DNA of 64,000 nucleotides from an uncultured Actinomycetes bacterium (lineage in GTDB: Bacteria; Actinomycetota; Thermoleophilia; UBA2241), in the NCBI GenBank assembly GCA_963725665.1, contig CAVRZA010000011.1, forward strand, positions 64,001-128,000, given 5' to 3'. The translations under genes and the position numbers were made by a program. The notes beneath the pieces are model-generated. The model was not told the origin of the DNA. It did no database searches and saw nothing but the letters and a program-made list of their open reading frames with translations. Numbering within the stretch: position 1 is the stretch's first letter; every line of letters begins with the position of its first letter. Positions 17,930 through 27,551 of the stretch are shown piece after piece.

Positions 17930-20311
17930 TCAGGACACGGTGAAGCGGCTGACGGCAGCGGTCCCGACGAGATTGCTGGCGTCACCCGGGTAGCGCGCCC
18001 GGAGCAGGATGCGCCCGCGGTGCGTGGCGCGGTAGACGAGCGAGAAGCGCGACGAGGCGTCGATGCGGCGCCAACTGACGGTGCGCCACGTCGCTCCCGA
18101 GTCGCGCGACTCCTGCAGTGCGATGAGTGCCCGCGGCTTGGCCGGACGCACCACGCCCCAGACGCGCATCGCGCTGCCCACGCGGATCGGCGAGACCCCG
18201 CGACGCGCGGTGACGGCGACGCGCACGGCGACGGTCACCTCCTCCGACGTTGCCGGCCCGGCGAACTGCCCCGCGCCGGCGAACGTGGCCACGTAGCGCC
18301 GGTTGTGGCTGGGCGTGACGTTCTTGCGCACGCTCCCCTCGGCGCCCGTGGTCAGCGTGCTCGTCGTGCCACCGATGCGCGCGAAGCTGATCCGCGGCAG
18401 GAGGGGCACGGGAAAGGTGCCGGTGAGGTCGGTCGCCACGCTGAGGACGGTCAAGGCGGCGGACGAGCCGTACTTCACGACGTTGCGATCGGCCGACAGC
18501 CGCAGCGCGACCGCGGTCTGGCCCGCCCAGACGTCACGCGCGAGCGTGGCGGCGTTCCCGGTCGTCGCCTGGAGCTCGAGCAGGTGATGCCCGTTCGCGA
18601 GCGGCCCCGCCGACAGGGTGAAGGGCTCAAGCGGCTCATCGAACGCGTGGTCTGCGTCTGTCGCCGTCGCCGGCGACCAGGCGCCGCCGTCGACGCGGTA
18701 CAGCACGTCGTGGGGCACGTAGACGCTGATGTCGTGGCTGAACGCCTGCAGAGGCGGCTTGCCGCCCCGCGGCCACGGGTTCTCGCGCACCGTGCCGGCC
18801 GCGCTCAGCGTGCCGTCGTCGGCCACAGTGGGCTGAGGGAGGGTGAAGCTGGGGAGCGTGTCGACGACGTTGGGGATGCCGTCTTGGTCTGCATCGCGCC
18901 ACCCGACCTGACCTCGCGTCGAGGGACAGACGTCGCGGTCGAGGTAGGCGATGATGCCGACATCCCCGCCGCGCATGATGCAGGGGAGGGGGGCTCGGCC
19001 GAATGAGTTCTCGGCATTGGCGTTGCGCACCCAGAGGTAGCCCGAGTGGAGATCGCTCCCGCTGGGGTAGCCGCTGCTGGGCGGCATGTAGTACTCGTCG
19101 AGAGCGCCGAAGACGTGGCCCATCTCGTGCGCCATCACGCTGTCGAAGTAGGTCGGCCCATAGTGGTCGTTGTCGTATGTCAGGACCATGTAGGGGCCGA
19201 AGAGGTCGTAGGTGTAGGCGAAGAACCCGTCGGTGAACTCGCCGTTGGAGTCACGGAGACTGTCGACGACGTAGACCGTGAACGCCCAGTCGGTCGCGTT
19301 GGCGCGCCGCACCGCGTCGCCGTAGGCCGTCTCGGGCGGCGGCGAGTCGCCCGGAAAGCCGAGGAAGGTCATGACGGCGCGCCGCCAGACGTCGTCGTTC
19401 GCGGCGCTTTGCGCGATGGGCTCGGACGGCACCGAGACCGTCTGCGGCGCGCCGAGCGTGCCCGCCGGCGGGATCACGAACGTGAGCCCAGAGCTGAGCG
19501 GCGGGTCGGTCGGCCATTCGTACGTCGCCCACCAGGCGAGGGCGAGGTCGATCTTGCCCAGGAGGAACGTCCGGCGGTCGCCGGGGTTGCGTGGATCGTC
19601 GGCGGTCCAGTCCTCGGTGCCGGCGACCCCGGTGCTCTGGGTAAAGATCACGCTGACGGTGACCGAGCCGTCGGCGTACGCCGCGAGCTCGGTCGGACTC
19701 GGTAGCTGACCGAGCAGCGGCGCCGCCCCGGGCAGCAGCGCCGGTGATGCGGTGGCCCCGGGCGTGGCCGCCGAGCCGCCCACGACCGACGGCGGCGGCG
19801 GCTCCTTGAGATCGTTGCCGCCGCCGAGGGCGGCGGGATCGACTGCCGGTAGCACACCGACGGGGCCCTGCGCTTGTTCGCGCAACGCCTGGATGAGCCG
19901 TAGGGCGCGGCGCAGTTGGCGCGAAGCGCCCTGGGGCGGCGACGCGCCTGCGCGCAGCACGGCGAAGCCGACGGCGCGCAGGCGCGTCGCCGCCGCGCTA
20001 CTCAGGTGCGCGACCGCGACGTCGGGCGGGTAGAGCAGGCGCCCGCGCGCGCCGTGCGCGGAGAGCAGCGCCTGCAGCGCATCGGCGTCGGCCGTGGCGC
20101 CCAGGGGCGCGACGACCACGGCATCAAGGGCGGGAGTGCCTTGGGGGCCGGAGACTGTCGGCGCACTGGCCGGCCTGGCGCTGCTGGCGGCGGCCGTCGC
20201 GGGGACGGCCGCCGCCAGCAGCGCCAGGCCGGCCAGTGCCAGCAGGACCCTCGGCGACGCGCGGCGACGCGCGGGCAGCGGTCGCTGGGGCTCGTACGAA
20301 AAAGGGCTCAA
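17930..20311 (-). CDS. Secreted zinc metalloprotease (HExxH) with C-terminal beta-sandwich domains
   Basis: Signal peptide, AHEMGHVFGALDEY, CIM Met-turn-like motif; start uncertain (TTG 20311 after TACAAT; ORF open to 20455). Confidence 0.7.
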   Translation of the reverse strand: MSPFSYEPQRPLPARRRASPRVLLALAGLALLAAAVPATAAASSARPASAPTVSGPQGTPALDAVVVAPLGATADADALQALLSAHGARGRLLYPPDVAVAHLSSAAATRLRAVGFAVLRAGASPPQGASRQLRRALRLIQALREQAQGPVGVLPAVDPAALGGGNDLKEPPPPSVVGGSAATPGATASPALLPGAAPLLGQLPSPTELAAYADGSVTVSVIFTQSTGVAGTEDWTADDPRNPGDRRTFLLGKIDLALAWWATYEWPTDPPLSSGLTFVIPPAGTLGAPQTVSVPSEPIAQSAANDDVWRRAVMTFLGFPGDSPPPETAYGDAVRRANATDWAFTVYVVDSLRDSNGEFTDGFFAYTYDLFGPYMVLTYDNDHYGPTYFDSVMAHEMGHVFGALDEYYMPPSSGYPSGSDLHSGYLWVRNANAENSFGRAPLPCIMRGGDVGIIAYLDRDVCPSTRGQVGWRDADQDGIPNVVDTLPSFTLPQPTVADDGTLSAAGTVRENPWPRGGKPPLQAFSHDISVYVPHDVLYRVDGGAWSPATATDADHAFDEPLEPFTLSAGPLANGHHLLELQATTGNAATLARDVWAGQTAVALRLSADRNVVKYGSSAALTVLSVATDLTGTFPVPLLPRISFARIGGTTSTLTTGAEGSVRKNVTPSHNRRYVATFAGAGQFAGPATSEEVTVAVRVAVTARRGVSPIRVGSAMRVWGVVRPAKPRALIALQESRDSGATWRTVSWRRIDASSRFSLVYRATHRGRILLRARYPGDASNLVGTAAVSRFTVS

Positions 20312-20366
20312 CTCGCCTACGATTGTAGGGCGAGGCCGGGCGGCGCGCAAACGGCGCGCCGCCCGC

Positions 20367-22379
20367 TCAGCGTGCCCGCGGCGCCGTCGCCACGCGGTCC
20401 TTACCCAGGCGCTTGGCCTCATCGAGCGCCTCTTCGACGCCACGCAGCAGACCACTCTTGTCGCTGGCGTCCGCCGGGTAGCTCGCGAGCCCGACAGAGA
20501 CGCTCAACTCACGCTCCGCGCCGGCAAGGGCGAGCCGCAGCCGCTCGGCCACATCGCGTGATGCCGTCGGCGGCACGTCGACGAGGATCACCGCGAACTC
20601 CTCGCCTCCGTAGCGGGCGCAGATGTCACCGGGGCGCAGCGCGTCGAGCAGACGCTGGGCGAGCTGGTGCAGCAGCTCATCGCCCCGGGCGTGGCCAAGG
20701 CGCTGGTTCAGGACGCTGAAGTCGTCGATGTCGAGGAGCAGCAGCGAGAGCGGCCGCGTCTCCTCCACCGCGTGCCGCAGCTCGCGCTCGAGCCGATCTT
20801 GGAAGGCTCCGTGGTTGTAGAGGCCGGTCAATTCGTCGGTGATCGCCAGCACCCGCCACGTCGAGGCGACGACGTCGCGGTCGCCCATGAGGGCGTTGAA
20901 GACGCGCCACGCCGGTTCGTGGCCGCCTTCGTCGCCCAGGGCGGGGATGTCGACGTTGAGCACGGCTACAGCCTCGCCGCGAGCGTTGCGGATGGCCGCC
21001 ATGCCACAGAGCCAGATGCCCCACTGGTTCACATGGAGGGCGTTCTCCTCTCCCTTGAAGCGCCCTTCGACCAGGTCGGCCTCGCCCAGACGGCTGCGCC
21101 ACACCGCCGTGAGCAGCGGCGAGTCGAGCTCGTACATGTAGGGGTCACCGATGTGCGCGCGTCGCTCTTCATCCTCTTCCGCGTCGAGCACGAACCGGGC
21201 GCAGTCGTCGCGCAGGACGGCGGTGGAGATGCAGGCTACCTCGGGGTGCGCGTCGCGCACGCGGCGCAGCGTGGCCACCATCTCGTGATAGGTCTCGGTA
21301 TCCTCATGGGAGCGCGCCGCGAGGCGATCGTGCTCGTCGCCGTCGATCAACGCCGCCGCCTCGACCGCGATCTCGCGCGCCCGCTCGCGGGCGGCGCGCA
21401 TGCGCTCGAGGATCTCGACGAACGGACCGACCAGCGCGGGATCGAACTCGGGACCCGCTCCCTCGCGCAGCTCGCGCAGCGCGGCGCTGTACGTGAGCGC
21501 CTTGGCGTAGGGCCGCGAGTACGACATGGCATCGTAGGAATCGGCGATGTGCAGGATGCGCGCCAGCAGCGAGACCTCCTCGCCGCGCAAGCCGTCGGGA
21601 TACCCGCTGCCGTCCCACGCCTCGTGGTGGTGGCGCACGGCGCTCAGCACCTCGCGCGAGAAGAGCGGCGAGACGATGCGGGCGCTGATGTCGGCGTGTC
21701 GCTGCATCAGCGCCCGCTCCTCGTCGTTGAGGCGGCCGCGCTTCTGCAGGATGCGGTCGGTGATGCCGATCTTGCCGATGTCATGCAGGTAGCAGGCCTT
21801 CTCCAACTCTCTGGTGAGGCCCTCGTCCACCCCCAGCTCGCGGCAGAGGAAGGTCGCGTAGGCGGCGACGCGCGAGGCGTGGCCGTGGGTGTAGGCGTCT
21901 TTGGCGTTGAGCGCCGAGGCGAGGGTGCAGAGGCTGTTCAAGTGGACCTGGCGCAGCTCGTCGACGCGCTTCGCGTTCTCGATGGCCGCCACCGCCTGAT
22001 CGGCCATCGCCTGCGCGAGGCCCATCTCGTCGTCGCCGACGATGCGTTCCTCGGCCGTGTCGCTGAGCTCGATGCGGCCCACCTGCCGACCGGCGTAGGT
22101 CATCGGCACCGCCAGGGTCACACCGCCGCCGTCGCGACCAAAGGGCTCGCGGCAGTCGTGGTCGGCAAGCACGCGGAGCTCTCCGGTCGCCTCGTCGCAC
22201 TCATAGATCGCGCATGATGGGAAGTCGAGGACGCGGGCCATGGTCTCGGCCACCGACGCCAGGACCGTGTCGAGATCCTCCCCCTGCGTGACCGCGCGCG
22301 CGACCGCGAACAGCCCGTCGAGCTGCCGCTCGGCCGCCGGTAGCACGCCACCGGCCTGGGAGTTTCGATGGTCAAGCAT
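20367..22379 (-). CDS. GAF + HD-GYP + sensor-like + GGDEF hybrid c-di-GMP enzyme
   Basis: HDIGK, HHEAWDGSGYPDGL, ADSYDAM; D.LTGL.N, RPGD I-site, RYGGEEF. Confidence 0.9.
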   Translation of the reverse strand: MLDHRNSQAGGVLPAAERQLDGLFAVARAVTQGEDLDTVLASVAETMARVLDFPSCAIYECDEATGELRVLADHDCREPFGRDGGGVTLAVPMTYAGRQVGRIELSDTAEERIVGDDEMGLAQAMADQAVAAIENAKRVDELRQVHLNSLCTLASALNAKDAYTHGHASRVAAYATFLCRELGVDEGLTRELEKACYLHDIGKIGITDRILQKRGRLNDEERALMQRHADISARIVSPLFSREVLSAVRHHHEAWDGSGYPDGLRGEEVSLLARILHIADSYDAMSYSRPYAKALTYSAALRELREGAGPEFDPALVGPFVEILERMRAARERAREIAVEAAALIDGDEHDRLAARSHEDTETYHEMVATLRRVRDAHPEVACISTAVLRDDCARFVLDAEEDEERRAHIGDPYMYELDSPLLTAVWRSRLGEADLVEGRFKGEENALHVNQWGIWLCGMAAIRNARGEAVAVLNVDIPALGDEGGHEPAWRVFNALMGDRDVVASTWRVLAITDELTGLYNHGAFQDRLERELRHAVEETRPLSLLLLDIDDFSVLNQRLGHARGDELLHQLAQRLLDALRPGDICARYGGEEFAVILVDVPPTASRDVAERLRLALAGAERELSVSVGLASYPADASDKSGLLRGVEEALDEAKRLGKDRVATAPRAR

Positions 22380-22653
22380 GGCTGTCGTTCCCCGGAGTCG
22401 CCTTCCGCTGCCTCGCGCGGTCGCCGCCCGCCTCGTGTCCGCGGGCGAGGTCGCTGCGAGCGTACGACTGGATTCGACGTCGCTATACCGGAACCCCCCT
22501 CGTCGGCCACGAGACTGTCGGACGCGGCCTCGCGCAGGGGCGCTCGCGGGGCCCCTGCAGGCCCTTTCCTGCGTGGTATACTTCCGCGTCTATGGCCAGC
22601 CCCAACCGCCGTTCCGCCCCTCCGGCGAGCCGCCGGATCCCTGGGAGACCGTG

Positions 22654-23565
22654 ATGGGTCTGCGCTGTGTCGTGCTCGTCAAGCAGGTGCCCGATACCAA
22701 GAACGTGACCGGCGAGGCGATGAAGGAGGACGGCACCGTCAACCGCGCCGCTCTGCCGGCCGTCTTCAACCCCGAGGACCTCAACGCGCTCGAGGAGGCG
22801 CTGCGCCTGAAGGATCGCTTCGGCGGCCGCGTAAGCGTGATCACCATGGGTCCGCCGGCCGCCGTCGAGGTGCTGCGCGAGTCTCTCTACCGCGGCGCCG
22901 ACGAGGTCGTGCTGCTCACCGACCGCGCATTCGCCGGCGCCGACACCCTGGCGACGAGTTACACGCTCGCTCTCGCCGTCAAGAAGCTGGGCGACGTCGA
23001 CCTGGTGCTCTGCGGCCGGCAGGCGATCGACGGCGACACGGCACAGGTCGGGCCGCAGACGGCCGAGAAGCTCGGCCTGCCGCAAGTGACCGGCGTGACG
23101 CGCATCGACGCCGTCGATCCCGAGGGGGGTAGCATCACCGTGACGCGCGCCGTCGAGGGCGGCAGCGAGACGCTGCGCAGCCCGCTTCCGGCGCTCCTCA
23201 CCGTGACCTCCGAGGCCAACGAACCACGCCCACCGAGCGTGAAGCTGGTGATGACCTACAAGGACGTGGCCGCCGAAGCGCTGCCCGACTACGACGACAG
23301 CTACCTCGATCCCGAGAGCGACGAGGCGGAGGTATGCATCATCGATCGCAACGGGCGGCCGGTGTGTCGCGCCAAGGTCGTGCAATGGGACCACGACGCC
23401 ATCGGCGCCGACCGTGAGCTCGTGGGCCTGCGCGGCTCGCCGACACGCGTGAAGAAGGTCGACAGCGTCGTGCTGGCCCAGGGCGAGACGCGCCTGGTCG
23501 ACGCCGGCGAGGAGAGCATCGCCGCGCTCGTGCACGAGCTCATCGAGGAGCACATCCTTGGCTGA
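22654..23565 (+). CDS. etfB: Electron transfer flavoprotein beta subunit
   Basis: KQVPDT, NP.D..ALE.A, DRAFAGADTLATS, GRQAIDGDTAQVGP. Confidence 0.9.
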   Translation: MGLRCVVLVKQVPDTKNVTGEAMKEDGTVNRAALPAVFNPEDLNALEEALRLKDRFGGRVSVITMGPPAAVEVLRESLYRGADEVVLLTDRAFAGADTLATSYTLALAVKKLGDVDLVLCGRQAIDGDTAQVGPQTAEKLGLPQVTGVTRIDAVDPEGGSITVTRAVEGGSETLRSPLPALLTVTSEANEPRPPSVKLVMTYKDVAAEALPDYDDSYLDPESDEAEVCIIDRNGRPVCRAKVVQWDHDAIGADRELVGLRGSPTRVKKVDSVVLAQGETRLVDAGEESIAALVHELIEEHILG

Positions 23566-24697
23566 GATAGGACCGGCTGCCGGCGGCGACGTCTGGGTCT
23601 TTGTCGAGGTCGCCGGCGGCCGCGCCGCCGAGGTCTCACTGGAGCTGCTGGGCAGGGCGCGCGAGCTCGCCGACCGCCTCGGCGTGCGCGTCGCCGCCGT
23701 CGTCGCCGGCGCCGAGGCCGAGACCGGCGAGCTCGCGCGCGGCCTACCCGACTACGGCGCCGACGTCGTCTTCCACTGCGCGGCCGACGAGCTCTCCTCG
23801 TACGCCGCGCAGCCTTACACACGTCTGCTGGTCGACCTCATCCGCCGTCACACCCCGCAGATCGTCCTCTACGGCGCGACGACCACGGGACGCGACCTCG
23901 CCCCGCGCATCGCCTCCGCCCTGCGTACAGGCCTCACTGCCGACTGCACCGACCTGCGCATCGGCGACCACGAGACGCGCGAGCGCGACTACCGGGACAT
24001 CCTGCTGCAGATCAGGCCCGCCTTCGGCGGCAACATCATCGCCACCATCGTCTCGCCCGATCACCGGCCCCAGATGGCCACCGTCCGCGAGGGCGTCTTC
24101 GTCTTGCCCGAGGCCCGGCAGGGCCGGCAAGGCGAGATCGTCAGGATCGAGCTCGGCCGCGAGGGCCGCGGCGTGGAGACCGACGGGGGGGCGCTCGCCG
24201 CCGAGGCCGTGACCGACGACCCGGGGCCGTCCACCGCCGCGCGCGTCGAACCGCCCGTCCTGGTCCGGGACGAGGACTTCGTTGTGGAGCTCCTGGCGCG
24301 CACGACCGAGGAGCGGCGCATCGACCTCAAGGGCGCCCAGGTCGTGGTCTCCGGCGGCGTAGGGGTCGGCTCGGCCGAGGGCTTCGCCCTGATCACCGAG
24401 CTCGCACAGACCCTGGGCGGCGTCGTCGGCGCGTCGCGCGCCGCGGTCGACGCCGGCTACATCGGACGCGAGCACCAGGTCGGGCAGACCGGCACCACGG
24501 TGCGCCCCAAGCTCTACATCGCCGCCGGCATCTCGGGTTCGGTCCAGCACCGGGCCGGCATGGACGGGTCGGCGCGCATCCTGGCCATCAACAGCGACTC
24601 CTCGGCGCCCATCTTCGCGGTCGCCCACTACGGCATCGTCGGCGACCTGCACGAGGTCATCCCCCGCTTGATCAAGGCCTATCGGAGCAAGGCGTGA
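23558..24697 (+). CDS. etfA: Electron transfer flavoprotein alpha subunit
   Basis: [38 protein letters not shown]. Confidence 0.9.
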   Translation: MAEIGPAAGGDVWVFVEVAGGRAAEVSLELLGRARELADRLGVRVAAVVAGAEAETGELARGLPDYGADVVFHCAADELSSYAAQPYTRLLVDLIRRHTPQIVLYGATTTGRDLAPRIASALRTGLTADCTDLRIGDHETRERDYRDILLQIRPAFGGNIIATIVSPDHRPQMATVREGVFVLPEARQGRQGEIVRIELGREGRGVETDGGALAAEAVTDDPGPSTAARVEPPVLVRDEDFVVELLARTTEERRIDLKGAQVVVSGGVGVGSAEGFALITELAQTLGGVVGASRAAVDAGYIGREHQVGQTGTTVRPKLYIAAGISGSVQHRAGMDGSARILAINSDSSAPIFAVAHYGIVGDLHEVIPRLIKAYRSKA

Positions 24698-26430
24698 GCA
24701 ACTACTTCAGCGACAACGAGGACCTGCTCCTACAGCTCGAGCACCTCGACCTGGCGCGCATCGTGCGCCTACGCGAGGACGACTTCCGCGAGAGGCAGGA
24801 CTTCACCTACGCGCCCCGCGACCACGAGGACGCGCTCGACGGCTACCGCCGTGCGCTGGAGATCGTCGGCGACATCGCCGGCGAGTTCGTGGCGCCACGC
24901 GCCGAAGATGTCGACCGCGTCGGCAGCACGCTCATTGACGGTGACGTCTGCTACGCGCCGGGCATCGGCGAGGCCCTCACCCGCCTCGCGCAGGCCGACC
25001 TCATGGGCATCACGCTGCCACGCCGCTACGGCGGGCTCAACTTCCCGGTGGCTGTCGCCACGATGATCGTCGAGATCGTCTCGCGCGCTGACGCGGCCCT
25101 GATGAACGTCTTCGGCCTGCAGGACATCGCCGACACGATCAACAAGTTCGGCTCCGAGGAGCTCAAGGAGGCCTACCTGCCGCGTTTCGCCAGCGGCGAG
25201 GTCACGGGCTCCATGGCGCTCACCGAACCCGAGGCCGGCTCCGACCTGCAGAACGTGCAGCTCAAGGCGAGCGAGCAGCCCGACGGCACGTGGCGCCTGA
25301 ACGGCGTGAAACGCTTCATCACCAACGGCTGCGGCCAGGTCTCGCTCGTGCTGGCGCGCAGCGAGGAAGGCTCGACCGACGCCCGCGGCCTGTCGCTGTT
25401 CCTCTACGAGCGCGACGAGCACATGCGCATCCGCCGCCTCGAGGACAAGCTGGGCATCCACGGTTCGCCGACCTGCGAGCTGCAGTTCACCGACGCGCCG
25501 GCGTTGCTCGTCGGCGAGCGCCGCAGGGGGCTCACCACGTACGTGATGAGCCTCATGAACGGCGCTCGCCTGGCCATCGCGGCGCAGGCGCAGGGCATCG
25601 CCGAGGCCGCCTGCCGCGCGGCCGAGAAGTACGCCGGGGAGCGCGTGCAGTTCGGCGCCCCGATCAAGCGGATCCCCGCCGTCGCGGCCATGCTGGCCGA
25701 CATGCGCGTCGCTCTCGAGGCCTCTCGCGCCGTCCTCTACGAAGCGGCGCGCATCGTCGACCTCAAGGAGGCTATCGAGCGCCGGGTCGAGCTGCTCGCC
25801 TCCGGCGAGCTCGACCCGGCGCTCCCCGACGAGCTCAAGGAGCTGCGCGCCGAGCTCAAGCGCTACAACCGCCTCGCCGGCCTTTACACCCCGCTCGTCA
25901 AGGCGCACTGCACCGAGGTCGCCAACCGCATCGCCTACGACTCGCTACAGGTGCACGGCGGCTCGGGCTACATGCGCGACTTCGCCGTCGAGCGCCACCT
26001 GCGCGACGCGCGCATCACGACCATCTACGAAGGCACGACGCAACTGCAGGTCGTGGCGGCCATCGGTCCCACACTCTCGGGAACGTTGGCCGAGCAGCTC
26101 GAGCGCTATGACGGCGGCAACTACGCGGCCACGCCGGAACTGCTCGAGCGCGTGCGCAAGGCGCGCGCCGACCTCGAGTGGGCCATCGAGCGCGTGCGGG
26201 CGGTCGACGACCCCCACTTCCGCGACCTCCACGCGCGCCGGCTGGTGGAGATGGCGACCGACGTCGTATGCAGCTATCTGCTCCTGCGCGACGCGCAGGC
26301 CGGCCCGCGCAAGCTCCTCGTGGCGCGCCACTTCGTCGCGGCAATGGCCCCTCGCGTCGCCGCCGCGGCGCAAGCGGTGGTCGAGAGCAGTCCCGAGAGT
26401 CTCGACACACTGGGAGTCATCGCCGACTAG
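24694..26430 (+). CDS. Acyl-CoA dehydrogenase (long form)
   Basis: ALTEPEAGSD, G.KRFITNG, KLGIHGSPT, QVHGGSGY, IYEGTTQLQ. Confidence 0.9.
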   Translation: MSNYFSDNEDLLLQLEHLDLARIVRLREDDFRERQDFTYAPRDHEDALDGYRRALEIVGDIAGEFVAPRAEDVDRVGSTLIDGDVCYAPGIGEALTRLAQADLMGITLPRRYGGLNFPVAVATMIVEIVSRADAALMNVFGLQDIADTINKFGSEELKEAYLPRFASGEVTGSMALTEPEAGSDLQNVQLKASEQPDGTWRLNGVKRFITNGCGQVSLVLARSEEGSTDARGLSLFLYERDEHMRIRRLEDKLGIHGSPTCELQFTDAPALLVGERRRGLTTYVMSLMNGARLAIAAQAQGIAEAACRAAEKYAGERVQFGAPIKRIPAVAAMLADMRVALEASRAVLYEAARIVDLKEAIERRVELLASGELDPALPDELKELRAELKRYNRLAGLYTPLVKAHCTEVANRIAYDSLQVHGGSGYMRDFAVERHLRDARITTIYEGTTQLQVVAAIGPTLSGTLAEQLERYDGGNYAATPELLERVRKARADLEWAIERVRAVDDPHFRDLHARRLVEMATDVVCSYLLLRDAQAGPRKLLVARHFVAAMAPRVAAAAQAVVESSPESLDTLGVIAD

Positions 26431-26506
26431 AGCGACCGCCGCGGCGCGGCCGCGGTGGACAGCGCCGGCCGCGTCGCCGCACCTGCGGTCGCAGGCTGTG
26501 TCCTCC

Positions 26507-27547
26507 CTACCCGCCGCGGTACACGACGACTCGGTTCTTGCCCGCCCGTTTGGCGCTCTTCAGAGCGTCGCGGGCGACGGCGATCAGATCGTCCGGCTCC
26601 TCGGCGTCCTCGGGCAGACCGGCCACGCCGAGGCTCACAGTGATCCTGCCGATCGGCTCGTCGTTCTCGTCGCGGACGACGGCCTCCTCTATAGCCCCGC
26701 GGACGCGCTCAGCCACGACGAGCACGCCGGCGCCGCGCGAGCTGGTGTGCGGGAGCAGCAGCGCGAACTCCTGCCCATCTAGCCGCGAGGCGATGTCGAC
26801 CCCGCGACGGATGCCGCCGCGCAGAAGGCGCCCGACGCTGCGCAAGGCACGGTCCCCGGCGCGGCGGCCGTGCGCTTTGTTGAACTGCCGCAGGTCGTCG
26901 ACGTCGACGACGACAACGGCCAGTCCGCCCCGGTAGCGCCTGACGCGCGTCGCCTCGCTCGCGAGCCTGTCCTCGAAGAAGCGCCGCGTGTGCAGGCCCG
27001 TGAGGGGATCGCTGTCGGCCTGCCGCTCGAGAGTGCGGACGAGGCGCGCGTTCTCGACCGCTGCCGCGGTCTGGTTGGTAAGGATCTGCAACAACTCGAC
27101 GTCGTCGTCGCTGATGGGATCGCCGTGCTCGCGGCTGACGTCGATGCAGCCCAGCGACCTGCCCTTGAACACGATCGGCAGCACCAGCCGGCCCCGTGCG
27201 CCGTCGCTGCGCGCGCCGCTGACCGTAGCGCGTGTGTCGAAGGCCTCGCGCACGAGCCTGTCGGGCGACGATCTCTCGATGACCTCGGGCGGCTCGGCCT
27301 CGTCGGTCACGTCGGGAAGGACGCAGACGAAGGTCCCGTCCTCCTGAAGCAGATGGACCTCTACGGAACAGCCGGCGCCGTCGAAGATGCCGGCGATCCC
27401 CGCCTTCACTGTCCCTATGCTCTGCGCGAGGTTGTGCGAGGCGGTGATCGCGCGGCTCGACCGCAGCAGGGCGAGAAGCCGTCGATCAAGCACCTCCTCG
27501 CGGGGCTCCCCGCGCGTATCGTTCGGTGTCGGCCCGTCGTCAGTCAT
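26507..27547 (-). CDS. GAF + degenerate GGDEF-domain protein
   Basis: GGDEF fold motifs but active site reads RLDGQEF; RGVD I-site retained. Confidence 0.85.
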   Translation of the reverse strand: MTDDGPTPNDTRGEPREEVLDRRLLALLRSSRAITASHNLAQSIGTVKAGIAGIFDGAGCSVEVHLLQEDGTFVCVLPDVTDEAEPPEVIERSSPDRLVREAFDTRATVSGARSDGARGRLVLPIVFKGRSLGCIDVSREHGDPISDDDVELLQILTNQTAAAVENARLVRTLERQADSDPLTGLHTRRFFEDRLASEATRVRRYRGGLAVVVVDVDDLRQFNKAHGRRAGDRALRSVGRLLRGGIRRGVDIASRLDGQEFALLLPHTSSRGAGVLVVAERVRGAIEEAVVRDENDEPIGRITVSLGVAGLPEDAEEPDDLIAVARDALKSAKRAGKNRVVVYRGG

Positions 27548-27551
27548 TGAC

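Noticed and set aside
2660-24260. Low-complexity in-frame insertions in GlpK, the phosphorylase, TrpE(G) and EtfA as a coding-sequence mobile element
   Set aside because: The inserts share no sequence or terminal repeats; they look like independent loop expansions.
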